Assembly: GCA_964187785.1 (NCBI GenBank)
Contig: OZ076410.1
Span: 50,778,001-50,842,000 of the forward strand
Direction: 5' to 3'
Source: Amphiscolops sp. MND2022
Lineage: Eukaryota
Length of the DNA: 64,000 bases
The translations under genes and the position numbers were made by a program. Positions 24,899 through 37,051 of the stretch are shown one piece after another. The notes beneath the pieces are model-generated. The model worked only from the letters and a program-made list of their open reading frames with translations, was not told the origin of the DNA and did not search any database. Each line of letters opens with the position of its first letter. Position 1 is the first letter of the stretch.

Positions 24899-25574
24899 CA
24901 GTACTGTGATTAAGAAATCATCCTTTTATGTGCTGAGCGTCGTTATCAACCAATCAGAATTGCTTATTTGCTCTAACTTTCATTTCTTATTGGCGTATCA
25001 AGTGAAATCTCCGGCGCAGAAAGAACACTTCTGCTATTTTCACAGTTTTGGGCAAGCTTTTGGAAAATTTTGCTGATAATTTTAAATTCATCGAATTCTG
25101 CAGATTGTATAGAATTTCATGATAAAATTTTTGCTTCAAAAGAATTCTAAACAAAAAATAATCGCAATTTTTTGCCGCAAAACGTTCATTTCCTATCTTA
25201 ATACATGCAAAACGACGAAATTTTACCTTTCAAGTATGATATTTCAAAAACGGTTAATAATTTTTGAAATCTAAAAATATCCATAGATTCAGTAGCTTTG
25301 AGTTATTTGAGCATAAAACCTTTCAAAAAACTGTTGATCAAACGGTCATAAATTGGAAAAACTGAAAAAAGTCCCAAAGTTGCTCAAAATAGGCTATTTG
25401 TAACTTTCTCAATTTTTGTCCCACAAAAATTATAAAACAACTAATATCATGTGCAAAAAACTAGATGAAATTCTAGGAAGCTTTTATTTCTGATGTTTTT
25501 CAAAATTCCCAAGAGATTTCGAGACAATTGAGCCTAAAATCGTCCCCTGGGACGTTTTCTTAATCACAGTACTG
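24899..25574. mobile_element. Tc1/mariner-like MITE with TA TSD
   Basis: TIR CAGTACTGTGATTAAGAAA at both ends, each flanked by TA. Confidence 0.8.
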
Positions 25575-27025
25575 TATTTGTCATTAACAAAAGTAGCAAG
25601 GTTAAAAAGGATCCGAAACGACACATTCATTGTCAAAAATGTCAGATCTTTTCAAAGAAAAAAGTGAACTTAGAAAACCTTATAGCCTAGAGCTTGGAAA
25701 AACGCTTAGGAAAAATTCAATTCACAGAAAAAAATAATACAAAAAATTGAAGGGCACTTCTCCGTTCGGCTTCTGCTACCACTTCTCGGGTCCGGCATTG
25801 GCACTCGGGAATATCGCAATCTTCAGTGTCGAGTGCGTGGAGGGTCCACTGACCAGCACCGGAAACAAACCACACACGGTAATTTTCCAACTCCACTCCA
25901 CGCAACTTTCAGCTTGACCCCTTCGACGAGAGGTGGTCAAGTCTTACAGAAAGTTACAGCGAGTTAGAAACAGCTATTTACAGATCGCAAACAATGTATC
26001 ATCGTGAATCAGTAATAACTTTTCGAGCTGTGAATTTTATCATTAAGCGACTATTTAGTAAGTTCTAATAAATCGTTCGGGAATAACCCTTCGTTTAGCA
26101 AAAAATTCAGTACCTTTGTACCTCGGTAGTGTAATGAATGCTTTTCCCAGTTGTTAGGATGAAGAGGTAATTGAATAGTTTTTTTCAGAGCCTCTAGAAC
26201 AACGATTGCTGTTTGCTTTTGTGTAAAGACTGTTCAGATGATCACTCGATACCTCTTTTCTAACACTTCTAAGAGCGAATTTGACAGTTCATAGACGTAA
26301 AGTTGAGGCACGCTGAAAATGTACATTTATCATTTCTGATTCCAAACTCATTCGTAATAAATTTCTTTGCATCAATGCAAATTTCTCGAGATGTGTAATG
26401 CATTAACAATTGCATCAACTGACATCTCGAATGTGTTCTATTTTTGAAACCCAATGAATCATATTGGGATGCATCAATGTGTAGTCATTTATGATGATGC
26501 AATATTCATATATTGTAAAATTACAAAAATTTGTTTAAAACAAGGCTTACAATTATCTATTGGTTAGTTTTAGAGACACTTTACTGATAATTTTGTTTTC
26601 GGAAAAAAATGCCCGACAATGCTGAAAAACTCAAATGTGGGACCCTTGTCTCGCCCGGTATTGTACGTTACGCGGAAAAGAAAGAAAAAAACCTTTTTGA
26701 TTCTGTTCGCTAGGCCAAAAGGTTCAATTTGACACCATAAAATTTTGTAAAACTTGTAGAACTATTTTGGTCACTTCAGGTGTATCAAAAATTTTTTTAA
26801 AAAAACACTGACGAAAAGCCATGGCTATAGTCGGCTCTTTTCAAGAAACGCGCCGACTAGAAATGCAATATTGCACCCCCTGGTTATAACTTGAACGATA
26901 TTCGCGATCCTACTACAGGAGTTAAGAGTCATTTAAATGGTAGTTTAAAATGTTTCAGGGAAATGTTCATATGTCGGATTGAAATATTTCAGATTACACA
27001 GAAATAACTATTGGAAACCATCAAC

Positions 27026-27106
27026 CTCTTTGACCATTGTTTTGATTAATCTGTTCGCTGCCTCCAAATCTTCTTTGTTTTTACTCTGTAGAAGCTTCGT
27101 CAATAA
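27026..27106 (-). CDS. GGA: GGA exon, N-GAT ARF-binding helix (LLTKLLQSKNKEDLEAANRLIKTMVKE)
   Basis: 81 bp, phase 0-0, poly-T CAG acceptor, GT donor; matches the GGA motif LARLLKSSHPEDLRAANKLIKEMVQE. Confidence 0.95.
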
Positions 27107-27615
27107 CTGAAAAAAAAACGAAGTATTATAACATCAATAAACAAGATGTCGTTTTAGTTATTGCTGCATGAGATATAGAGACGACTATAATAGAGGCTTT
27201 TCGTCCATTGTTCGATTTTGCTTGTGTATATTTCTATTTAAAAAACTTCCCCGAGCGTGGAGATAAAGTTAAGTGATGAAAACAGGATAGCAGATAGAAG
27301 GCATCAATACCGATGTCATTCTGATACTTTTGGCTAGTTCAGGAGAAAGGAGAGTTCGAAGCAAGTTGTGAAGAAACTTTTTTCAAATTTTAACGAATTT
27401 TGCTCATTTTCCCTGACAAAACGATTCCAGGTCTTCTCTTATACATTCTCGAGATTCAAGCGAGCGCCCAATTGGTCCCAAAGCTTTACCAGAACTATCG
27501 CAGAAAGTGAAACTTGAAAGTAAGACTTTTTCATGGTTGATCAGAATTGAGTGAAAAACAGTTGAAACACCGTGCATGGTGCAAGCTAAGGTGAAATGAA
27601 TGAACAATGAGTTAC

Positions 27616-27740
27616 TTTGTTTTTATCTTCATCGTCAAAGATGGGATTTTTCACACGTTCTTTAGGAGCTGAGGTGGCAGTGCTGCTTTTGACGTTATCG
27701 TAGTGGCTATCGACGTGAATTGGGTCAGCTGCGATGAGTC
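27616..27740 (-). CDS. GGA: GGA exon, VHS-GAT linker ((G)LIAADPIHVD...KNPIFDDEDKNK)
   Basis: 125 bp, phase 1-0, TTTTCCAG/GTAACT; matches GIVKSDP...KNPVFDDEEKSK. Confidence 0.93.
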
Positions 27741-30159
27741 CTGGAAAACACTAAGTTACCATCACCTGCTTATAACTCTTGTGATTACGAGAACACAACT
27801 TATTCAAAAATGCACTGCTAATATGTGCAATCGCTGTAGTTCTGTCCGTACATTGTCAAAAAGACAACTTAATAGCATTAGATTGAGCAAGTCCGAAACG
27901 GGAAAAAATTAACACATTCTGAGAACATTCAATTCATACATAAGATGGCCAAATGCGTCGAATATTTACAGAGCATCAATTAGGTACCATAAATGTCAGA
28001 AAAACTATTCTTAGCAGTTAAATTTTGAGATACAAATAATGAACCGATTCCAAATATTTAAAGCAAGAACATGAATTTTCTGTTAATGTGACTTCTTTTT
28101 GACATCAATGTATCATTCTTAATTATAATCCAGAGAACAGGTAACAACAAAAACCAAAATGTTTTCATTTGCAGAAAACTCCTGTTTTTAGTCGGCACAT
28201 TTTAAAATGAGCGCGGCTGTTACAGTTTTTTCGTCATATAACAGAACGTATGCGTAGTGGACACTTATTACAGAACTACTCAACTAATAGCGCGGCCAGT
28301 GGAAACGCATCTAAGTGCAAAAGGCCCCTTTCATTTATTCCATTTTTAACGTAACATATTAAAGGGTCTTTTGACGTTACATTCGAAGTATATTGCGTTT
28401 CACTGAGGAGGATGCGGAGGTTCAAAAATAGTGCGCTATATCCGAATTTTGTTTTTTACGACCGGCATTTCATCGCCTAATTTTTATCGAAGCCCCTCGA
28501 TTTTTACTAGGAACAAAACGTTTTGGGTGTATAGAGTACTCCTTGGGGTTTTCGGCAATATGCGATTTACCGGAGGTTTCAGGTTGAGCAAAACCGTTTT
28601 CAAAGTTTTAAGGATAAACTCTGATTATTTTTCAGTCCTGTGGGACTGATATAAGTTCTCTCAATAATTATGCAAAAGACCTACGGCATTTTTCGACTAT
28701 GTGCGACTTTTTTCGAAACAGTTCTATTTCGGTGAAATGGTACCGTCATTGAGTTTTTGGCTTGAAATTTTTTTGCGAATTTAATAGGTCTCCTTTTGAG
28801 CTTTTCGGTACTATGAAACTTCTTTTCCAAAGAAGCGGGTTTACTGTTTCCAGTTGGGGAACAAGTGGTTTTCGAGTCTTGAGCCTATCCCGGTGTTTTG
28901 GGCACTGTGAAATTGATTAAATTTTAACAATAGTCATGAGCATATTTTTAAAACCTTGCGCTTTTTGAGCCTCAAGTATAGCGCAGACTTTAGACGTTCC
29001 CGTCTTGTATTGGAATTTGAAATCATGGCTTTTTTGAACGAACAAGAAAACACTCACTTACTTAGGACAAATTTTGAAAGAAATTCGAGATCAATAAATT
29101 GAAACAAGCCCACAAGAGCAAAACAGGCATTTTATCAATTTTTGAAACTTTAATGGAAATCCTAGATGGTTTTGGTGGGTGTTAAAATAAAAACCCCAAA
29201 TGCCCAAAGCAATTACGCCGTTTTTTTTTCATTTGCAACATTTTCAGCCAACTTTTGTTCGAGTGCTGCATTTTCGTGCGTATCATTAGACACAGATGCC
29301 AAAAAGTGTCATATTTCGACATCTTCGTTCAATTTTTGCACTTTTGGATGGTATTAATATCCACCGAACTCAACAAAAACTTGGTCTACAAAGCATTCCA
29401 CATTTCCAATCAAAAAAATGTATTAAATCAACCAAAAGGAAGTTTTTGGTGTTAAATGAATGAAAAGGAAGCGTTTGACTACTAAACATACATAGTTTTT
29501 AAAACAGAAATTAGTCTTCCTTTCCGGAAAAATGGCTATATGAACCTAAAAACAAATTACGAAGGTTTTTTTGGGGCTTTGGAACAACTTCCGGATGTTC
29601 CCGAAGATCCAGAGAGTTAAAAAAACAATGAGCTTCTAAGGCTACAAATCTCACAAGATACAGTTTTCTTTCAAAAAATGTGTAGAATGTTATTTTCGTT
29701 CTTGGGGGATCATGTACTGGTTACAGCATTACACCTGATGGAATTAGTTTCGAATCTGCTCCAACTCAATAATATTGAGTTTAGAGATAATTCTCCGTCC
29801 TTGGCTCAGTGCTATGGTCATGGGGAAAACGTATTTGGCGGAGAAAACAAAAATGAAAAGAGCATCGGCGAGTGATCAGATCTTTGTGACCTCAAGTCAC
29901 TTCGAAATCGCAACTGGAAGCCGACAATCTTTTGTCACATGACCGTCAATATGGTACCGTAGATTGCTATGGGGAGTATCCAAAAGAGGCTTTAGAGAAG
30001 TAGAACTGTTTCATTTTCAACCATCTAACGTCGAAATTAGTATTTCTTGGATGCTTTTATGGATTAAGTCTCCACGGTGTTCAACAAGACAATTAGCTTT
30101 TAGCATTCTCTTGTTCAGAGAGACTTTTTAGTCGGCGCTTCATGAAGTGAAACGCGACT

Positions 30160-30897
30160 ATTATAGTGACTCTTTTTTCTTTTTTTCAATCCACACGAAC
30201 TGACCAAAATAGTTCTTAAAAGTTCTACAAAATATTATTGCACCATTTGGCCTAGCGAACTGAACCAAAAAGGTTTTTCCTGTTTTCCCGCGTAACATAC
30301 CATACCGGGCGAGACCAAAGGGCCCCCTTTCATTTTTTTCGGCACTGCGAGACTTTTTCGGAAAATTTTTTTCCCCAAAGGGTCCCTCCACCCTTCATTT
30401 TTTTTGCTGTTTTGCGACAGAATGGATGTTGAAAAATCCCAAAGGTCCCCCTTTCAGTTTTTTTCGGCATTGAGATTTTTTTCCGAAAATAAAAAAATTT
30501 TCCCTTCAATTTTTTTGATGTTTTGCGACAATGGATGTTGAAAAACCCCAAAGGGTCCTCCCTTTCAGTTTTTTGGCATTGCAAGACTTTTTCTAAAAAA
30601 ATTTTCTCTCCAGAGGGTCCCCCTTCAATTTCTTTGATATTTTACAACAGAATGGGTGTTTAAAAATCCCGAAGGGTCCCCCTTTCTGTTTTTCGGCATT
30701 TTTTTGAAAAGTTGTTTTTTCGCCAAAGGGTCCCCCCTTCAACTGCGACAAAAATGTTGACAATTTCAGAAGTGTCCAATTTGTCCACTTTTTTGGTTTT
30801 TCGATTTTCGAGTACTGTAAATTGACACTTGGAAGTCCTTTTGCTATTTTTGAGCCTTGGATATGGCGCCGACTTGGGCCGGTCCCGGCTTGTTTCA
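30160..30897. repeat. Non-autonomous repeat with an internal degenerate minisatellite (AAAGGGTCCCC-containing units)
   Basis: Internal repeats at 30320-30740; the left part is an inverted homolog of 26620-26800; the right end GAGCCTTGGATATGGCGCCGACTTGGGCCGGTCCCGGCTTGT resembles 18165-18205 and 28960-29010. Confidence 0.7.
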
Positions 30898-31227
30898 ATA
30901 CGAACTAGAAAATTTCAGAAGTTCGTAGTCTGGCTACCCTCGAGCCCTAAAAATATGTCGTTGCTGAAAAGTCGGGCCGGAAATTTTCGAGCGTCCTGGT
31001 TCAAAGTCTTCGAACACTCTAATCGCAATTGAAAGATTTTGCGAGTTTCGAGGCTGAGCTGCACCCATGGCTGCTCAGCTTGTATATCCACGAGACTGGA
31101 TCGAAATGTTCAAAGTGACACAGACATGCGTTGCAAAATTTTCGCAAAATGTTTTATAAATCAGCACTCATTTGTTAGAAAAGGATTTGACTTTACTTTT
31201 GTCATGGAGGATTAGTCAAAGCGTAAC

Positions 31228-31351
31228 CTTGCTGTTTGAGCATTTCGTACGCTTCTTTTATCTTTGGTTCACTCGGAAGACCTTTAGACCAACTGTACAA
31301 TAACTCAATCGCACGTTTCTTCACTCTTTCTGGGGTCGTGTTGCCCAAATA
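31228..31351 (-). CDS. GGA: GGA exon, VHS end (YLGNTTPERVKKRAIELLYSWSKGLPSEPKIKEAYEMLKQQ)
   Basis: 124 bp, phase 0-1, TTTCAG/GTTACG. Confidence 0.96.
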
Positions 31352-31417
31352 CTGAAATTAAAACTGTATAAATTTTTAAAATGAGAGAAATGAACAGTGA
31401 AGTTGTTAACTACATAC

Positions 31418-31516
31418 CTTCGGTGACAATAACTTGATTATTTCATTGAGAAAACGGAACTTTCCGATTTCAGCGTGGAAAGATGGACCACAACTCTTGA
31501 CACAAGCTTCCACCAA
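31418..31516 (-). CDS. GGA: GGA exon, VHS (LVEACVKSCGPSFHAEIGKFRFLNEIIKLLSPK)
   Basis: 99 bp, phase 0-0, poly-T AG/GTATGT; contains the VHS motif GKFRFLNE. Confidence 0.97.
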
Positions 31517-31579
31517 CTAAAAAAAGTCAATTGGAAGAAGATCGACATCAGAAAATTAGAACCAAGTTGAGCCACTTAC

Positions 31580-31655
31580 ATTCAATGTATAGATTGCCTC
31601 CCTTTCGTTCAGCGATTGAATCTTGGGTACCACAATAGTAACAACCTGCTGTGGT
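31580..31655 (-). CDS. GGA: GGA exon, VHS ((G)PQQVVTIVVPKIQSLNEREAIYTLN)
   Basis: 76 bp, phase 2-0, TTTTCAG/GTAAGT. Confidence 0.93.
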
Positions 31656-31739
31656 CTGAAAATGAGAGTGCCAAACAAAAACCTTGTGTAGAACAAATCA
31701 CTATTCAAAAATATTTTTTTCTAACACTAGCTAACTCAC

Positions 31740-31824
31740 CCATTGATAGCTTGATTGACGGCGTCACAAAACTCTCTTATATCGTTTGGATTTTCCGTCT
31801 CTGCTTGGGGGTTGGTCACTTTGC
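31740..31824 (-). CDS. GGA: GGA exon, VHS start (KVTNPQAETENPNDIREFCDAVNQAING)
   Basis: 85 bp, phase 1-2, TTTTTTAAG/GTGAGT; matches KATNP...IIGFCDQINKELEG. Confidence 0.92.
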
Positions 31825-34800
31825 CTTAAAAAACAGTCATTAATACATGAATTAAATATTGTTGTCGAGACTCACGTTCGATCCGTAAAACTAACTATTC
31901 AGTGGAATCATCGATTAGTACAGTAGTAGTTCAGAGGGTGAGAGATCATGAATAACAAATAATTAAACAGATTACTCTCTTCTTTCTAGCATTGGACCTT
32001 AGGATTGAGGGTTGTTTTTTTAATTAGCTCAAACATCATGGTGGAAACCAAGTATTGCCGTAAACTCATGTTGCCGTAAGGATGATATTGGCAGGGTTAG
32101 TATTCAATGTTTTCTGCGCCACCGAAAAACACATGAACCCAGAACCAATGCCAGCTCATCTGACTAGTTTGTGCTTTTCACTCTTATAATTTCTCAAATT
32201 AAGCCTTTTTAATTCAATGTCAATGCGACTCGCATATTTATAGCTGATTGACCTTTTTCTAATTGACAAAGTCTATGTTTTTAGGCGACCTTAGCCGAAG
32301 CGGAGCCTTTTGCAACGACTCGTACTGAAATTAGAACGAACTGATTTTTTTTAAATCTTGCCGTCTGGAAGTTTCAAATCCCTCTCCGTTGTTTTTGGGA
32401 GCGTTATATCTCGGAGCGCATTATTCGGAGTGTTCTACTTTTTTAAAAAGAAAACTCCGCAAGCCCACATTTCACCATGGTGTCAGTTTTGGTTGTCGTC
32501 AGAAATTTTTTCGATAGTTTTTTTCCACCGGAAACTGAGAGGGCATATTTCGTTTTAGTCGAATTAGGGCCTATAACCTTAGCCAATTAGCGTGAGATCA
32601 AAATGAATCGAAGGAACAAAAAGCCATGCAAATTTCTTGTGTAACTTGTGTATCCAAAAAAGTTTCTGTTACGGAAAACGGCCATTAATTTTTAGGAGAG
32701 TTTCCCAAACTTCTTCAAAATACTCTATCAATGCTGATAAGCTCCCGAGCTTTTCAAAATTCATCTCTGAAAAATATTGTTTTGTAATCTTGCTTTTAAC
32801 ACACATTGATATATCAACGTCGACGATTTATTGTCCATTTTAGACATTTGATTCGGCGGACGTGGGAAGGAGGCATAAAAATGGAGAAAAAGTAACGTGA
32901 AAATTGACACATTTTCCCTAAAGGTAGTTTGAATTCTACTGACACATGTCTCGCCGCCGTTAGCTGTATCAGTTATGCTTTTCACAAGTTTTGCCTGCAT
33001 GCCAATGTGGGTCTATATTTAACGCGAGCCTCGTGCAAAGCTCCTTTGTGTCTATATCTTTGTATTGTGTGTATAAGAAGAATACACTTTTTATACTGTT
33101 GTGTTAGTGCGAATTCCCAGCGCAACTGGAGGAATCTCTTACTATAATTTCCAATGTATCCAGCTGTTTCGACATTGTGGGCAGTCGAGTCGCATGCATT
33201 CTGCCAGGTATATGAGTTGTTGCCGTTATAGTGTCTACTGCAAAATTCGAAGAATTCTAAAAGTCGAAATTTTAGTCCAACAGGATTGAAGAAATCTACA
33301 CCGTAAGGTAGGTTTTTGAAGAGTCGGCGCGTTATCAAGAACTCAGTTCGGGCTTTTTCGGTTCTGACTGTTAGGAGTTTAAATTTATGAAGCATTGTTC
33401 GTCCACAAAATGATGTTCACCATAAATTGAAGTCACTTGTTCATTATGATAAACGTTGAAGAGTTCTAGTAAATCTGAAATTTGGAGGAAGAGTGATAGA
33501 AGAAGCATCTTTGTCTTTGATAGAAGAGTACGATAACTTGAAGCATAGTCGTTTAGTACCCATTTCAGTACGTTTTTGGAACGTTTCAAGTTTGCTCATC
33601 GAAGCTTTGTGAGGTGAAAACACGGGGAGGCATGACTGATTATGGGTAGGAGCAAAGATTTGCAGACATATTGGATGAGCAAGAGTCAATGGTGAAATTA
33701 AAAGCTCTATTAACTTCTGTTTTTTGTATGATGTCGGTTTTGGTCGGTACGGCTCACGCTGAGTTTGGAGGCGTTTCAAAAGATTGAAGGTGTTCGACGA
33801 GTATCAAATTGATAAACTCTGTCGATGTCTTGTTCTCGGTACAAATTGATCTATAATACTGTTGTAGTACTAAATATATTCAATATTCATCCTGTTGACG
33901 TTGGTGTGACACACTGGTTGAAATGGGTGTACTTACAGATATTCTTGAATGGCATCGTAATCAGCTGATCCAAAACTGTAGTAGCATTCACATATTGGCT
34001 TTCTCATTGGTATGATCAAGTTTATTTCCGTGGATAATGGATTATGGTTTGAGATGTCATAAACTTTTTCAAAACTAGTGTTCACATAATGTTCTGCGCA
34101 GATATTATGGGCATAAACTACGTCTAGGGTGTTTCTACTACATTTGGGAACATGTACAATCTGTTCAGCTGTTCCAATATATTTAGCATATCATTCTCTC
34201 CCGAATCCGCGCTCTGATTTGTGTTCCAATTAGTGTGGGGAAAATTGATATCACCGTATAGTATAAACGACGTGTGCTCATGAAGAAGCAAAGAACTAGT
34301 TAAAAGAGTAAAATCAGCAGTTGTGTATCTGTATGGACTCTTTTTTGGAGGTTTATAAAAAACGCGTTTCTAATTGATCCAGGCGTTTCTAATTGAACAA
34401 GTACTGCCACGCATTAGAAGTTTGATGTTGTTTTGAAGCCAGAATGTGTTTGTTGATAGCAATCAGTACTCCACCATGATTTGACGCACTGGTTTTCGTG
34501 GGCTCTAACTACGAAATATTTTGAAGTTATCGCGGTATAGTTCACATTTTTAACGAGCCATGATTCTGTCAAACACAGCGCCACGAAAGGACTCACACTA
34601 ATCGTAGTTGCTAATCTCATTATTCTCTCAGTATGGATCAAACTTCCTTTGTTAAGTAGTAGGCAATGTAATTTTGATAGCACTTATATCTCTACTTTTA
34701 AGATGTGTATTTATGGCTGGCGGCTGGATGCAGGAACGGAGAGCAGCCAAGTCTTCGGAGCATGGATCACAATCCTCAGATTAGTTCTCTTTTCTTATTC

Positions 34801-35297
34801 GAAAACACAATCATGCAATTCTCTAGTTAAAGTCGGTACTGATGTTTTCTGTATTCATAAATATTATTATAGTTTATTATTTAAAGATGAACAAATAATT
34901 CAAAGTTTAAAGTTTTGTCATAATTAAAATAGCTTTAAGGTCAAAGAGTTCGTTTGATTAGTTCATTTGTCCTCAACATAGGAATCTTTCAGCTATGTTA
35001 TAATAGCCAAGCAATCTCTGTCGATTGAATGCATTCCAATTCAACTTTTTGTCGTCCATAAACAATTCGAAGCTTCTTACTTGCAGCTGCGATGGCGGAA
35101 TGCCGTTATTCAAGAACTATCGCCGTTTTTTTTAGACACAAATTTTCTTGTTTCGCGTCTTCGGCGGAAAGTGCAGGCAAGAATGTGTATGCCCATCTAT
35201 TTCGTTCTTGTTGGTTCTTCAGAGTTCTTGGCAAGAACTATTCGTATGTCCCAATTATTGCTCAGTGAGACAATTGTGTTCCTTGGGTACTCCGTTC

Positions 35298-36484
35298 CAG
35301 GGGTTTGCAATAATTAATTGGTCTTCCAATAATTGCAATAATAATTGCCAATATTATTGATTGGGCACTTTTCCAATAACCAATTAATTGGAAATCGTTT
35401 TGCCAACTATTGGTTTCATTGGTTTTCAAATTGAAAGCTCTTTTTCAGGTTTGAAATGAGTTCGAACAGAGATTTTAAAACCATATGCAAGAAGTATTTC
35501 ACACCAATGGAAAATGACATTTTCAAATGCAAATGTGGCAAAATTTTGAAGCAAAAAAAAGGTACCGGTTGGTCTAATTTGATGGTGCATATTCGAACAC
35601 AACACGAAACAACTCCATCCGGTCCCCAAAATACTTTGGACTTTATGCAATGTAAGAAGTCTCAAACCATCCATGATTGGATCGAATGGATATGCATGGA
35701 GCTTCGACCTTTTAGCTTTGTGGAAAGCGAGTATGTGAAGAAAAATGTCAAGCTTGAAGCAATATGGATATGGATACTTGATATGGATATGGACTCTGCT
35801 CGGACCTTGTTCGACGAGTTATTGAAAACTGTCGAGAATTTTGATCGGAACAAGAAATATATCCATAAGAATTGTGCCATTGCCAAAAACAATTCGTTTG
35901 AAAACGCTATTGTTAAGCTACAGTCTGGTGATGAATGTGCTCTCAACGTAAATGAAAATCTAGCGTGCAAAAAATTGAGAAGAACTTCTGATATCGAGTG
36001 CGAATTTCCACAGACGGATGACTTCGCGGGAAACGTTTTGGCGAAAAAGAAGAAAGATACCAAACAGATGAAATACATTCCCTGCTCGTTCATTTTGCCG
36101 ACATCTAATCATTTGGAACGGTTTTTTAGCGCAGCTGGTTTCGCTTCGAATGACTACCGAAAATCAACTTTGCCGATGAATTTAGAAGAGCAACTGTTCC
36201 TTCGATTTAACAAAAAGCACTGGGATTTGAATTTAGTAAATCAAATTGTGAGTGCCTCTGAGTGAGATATTCATTTGAGTGTGCATGCCGCTGAGTGAGC
36301 TGTTTTATAATGCGTCTTTTCGATGATTTTTGTAATTTAATCACTCTGAAACAGCTGTTTTTTAAAGTGCCCAATTATTGCACTTATTGCAATAATTTAT
36401 TGGTCAAGGGTCCAATAATCAATTAATTGGTTTTCAGAAGTTTTGGGACCAATAATTATTGCAATTATTTATTGCAAAGCCCTG
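35298..36484 (+). mobile_element. Internally deleted hAT DNA transposon, 8-bp TSD CTCCGTTC
   Basis: TIR CAGGG(G/C)TTTGCAATAA(T/A)TAATTG; perfect CTCCGTTC on both sides; AATTATTG-type subterminal repeats. Confidence 0.95.
35456..36265 (+). CDS. 269-aa truncated hAT transposase: BED finger joined in frame to the C-terminal dimerisation region
   Basis: FKCKCGK...GWSNLMVHIRTQH (BED) and LPTSNHLERFFSAAG...LEEQLFL (hATC); far too short to hold the whole catalytic core. Confidence 0.85.
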   Translation: MSSNRDFKTICKKYFTPMENDIFKCKCGKILKQKKGTGWSNLMVHIRTQHETTPSGPQNTLDFMQCKKSQTIHDWIEWICMELRPFSFVESEYVKKNVKLEAIWIWILDMDMDSARTLFDELLKTVENFDRNKKYIHKNCAIAKNNSFENAIVKLQSGDECALNVNENLACKKLRRTSDIECEFPQTDDFAGNVLAKKKKDTKQMKYIPCSFILPTSNHLERFFSAAGFASNDYRKSTLPMNLEEQLFLRFNKKHWDLNLVNQIVSASE

Positions 36485-36716
36485 CTCCGTTCTCTGTCAA
36501 ATTTCCCTTGTCTCTGAACTTTGTCAATTTCGACTGCAACTCTTCAACTCATCTATTTCGTTCATTACTTCTTTCAATTTTTCGTTCACTAGGATAGCAT
36601 TTTCTTCTTCACTTTTAGTCAGGTCTTCAGGTAGACCCCGTACGCGAAATCTTGATAAAATATTGTAAAACAACGGCGTTGTTAGCGATAAGTCGAATGA
36701 TTGGTGAGATTAAAAA

Positions 36717-36797
36717 AGCCATTTGGTCTAAGGGTTAAGGCGCTTGACTGCTAGCTAGATCTGTCTTGAGATGCAGGTTCGAGTCCTGTAATGGCTA
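36717..36797 (+). ncRNA. tRNA-like Pol III gene in the TRIM 5' LTR (type II cloverleaf, GCT at the anticodon position)
   Basis: Acceptor AGCCATT/AATGGCT, D-stem GTCT/AGGC, variable arm ATCT/AGAT, T-arm GCAGG-TTCGAGT-CCTGT, A- and B-boxes, TTTT immediately downstream; anticodon stem poorly paired. Confidence 0.8.
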
Positions 36798-36833
36798 TTT
36801 TCTCACAATCATGTCGAGCTTGGGTTGTTATAC

Positions 36834-36847
36834 TGGTAGCCATTACA
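36834..36847 (+). promoter_or_regulatory. Primer-binding site TGGTAGCCATTACA
   Basis: One nt after the 5' LTR; reverse complement is TGTAATGGCTACCA, the LTR tRNA 3' end plus CCA. Confidence 0.85.
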
Positions 36848-36970
36848 TAAGTGGCTTGAATCTCCAGGTGTGTTGTGTTCAACTGGGAGCTGTGTGGCAT
36901 CAGCTTCAGTTAGAAGGGAATAATATAACGGCGTTGTTAGTGATAAGCGAATGATTGGTGAGATTAAATA

Positions 36971-37051
36971 AGCCATTTGGTCTAAGGATTAAGGCGCTTG
37001 ACTGCTAGCTAGATCTGTCTTGAGATGCAGGTTCGAGTCCTGTAATGGCTA
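36971..37051 (+). ncRNA. tRNA-like Pol III gene in the TRIM 3' LTR
   Basis: Same cloverleaf as 36717-36797, with one D-loop substitution. Confidence 0.8.

Noticed and set aside
27431-27519. Plus-strand exon-like segment (CAG...GTAAGA)
   Set aside because: No partner exons or recognisable peptide; antisense within a GGA intron and could be chance.
31860-32860. Candidates for GGA exon 1 (donors at ~31875 and ~32805; ATGs at ~31948, ~32038 and ~32847)
   Set aside because: None combines the required phase-1 end, a strong donor and a convincing VHS N-terminal peptide.
36717-37051. Two ordinary tRNA-Ser(GCT) genes in tandem
   Set aside because: The anticodon stem is mispaired, the A1-U72 pair and A discriminator are atypical for tRNA-Ser, and both sit inside LTR-like repeats with PBS and PPT between them.
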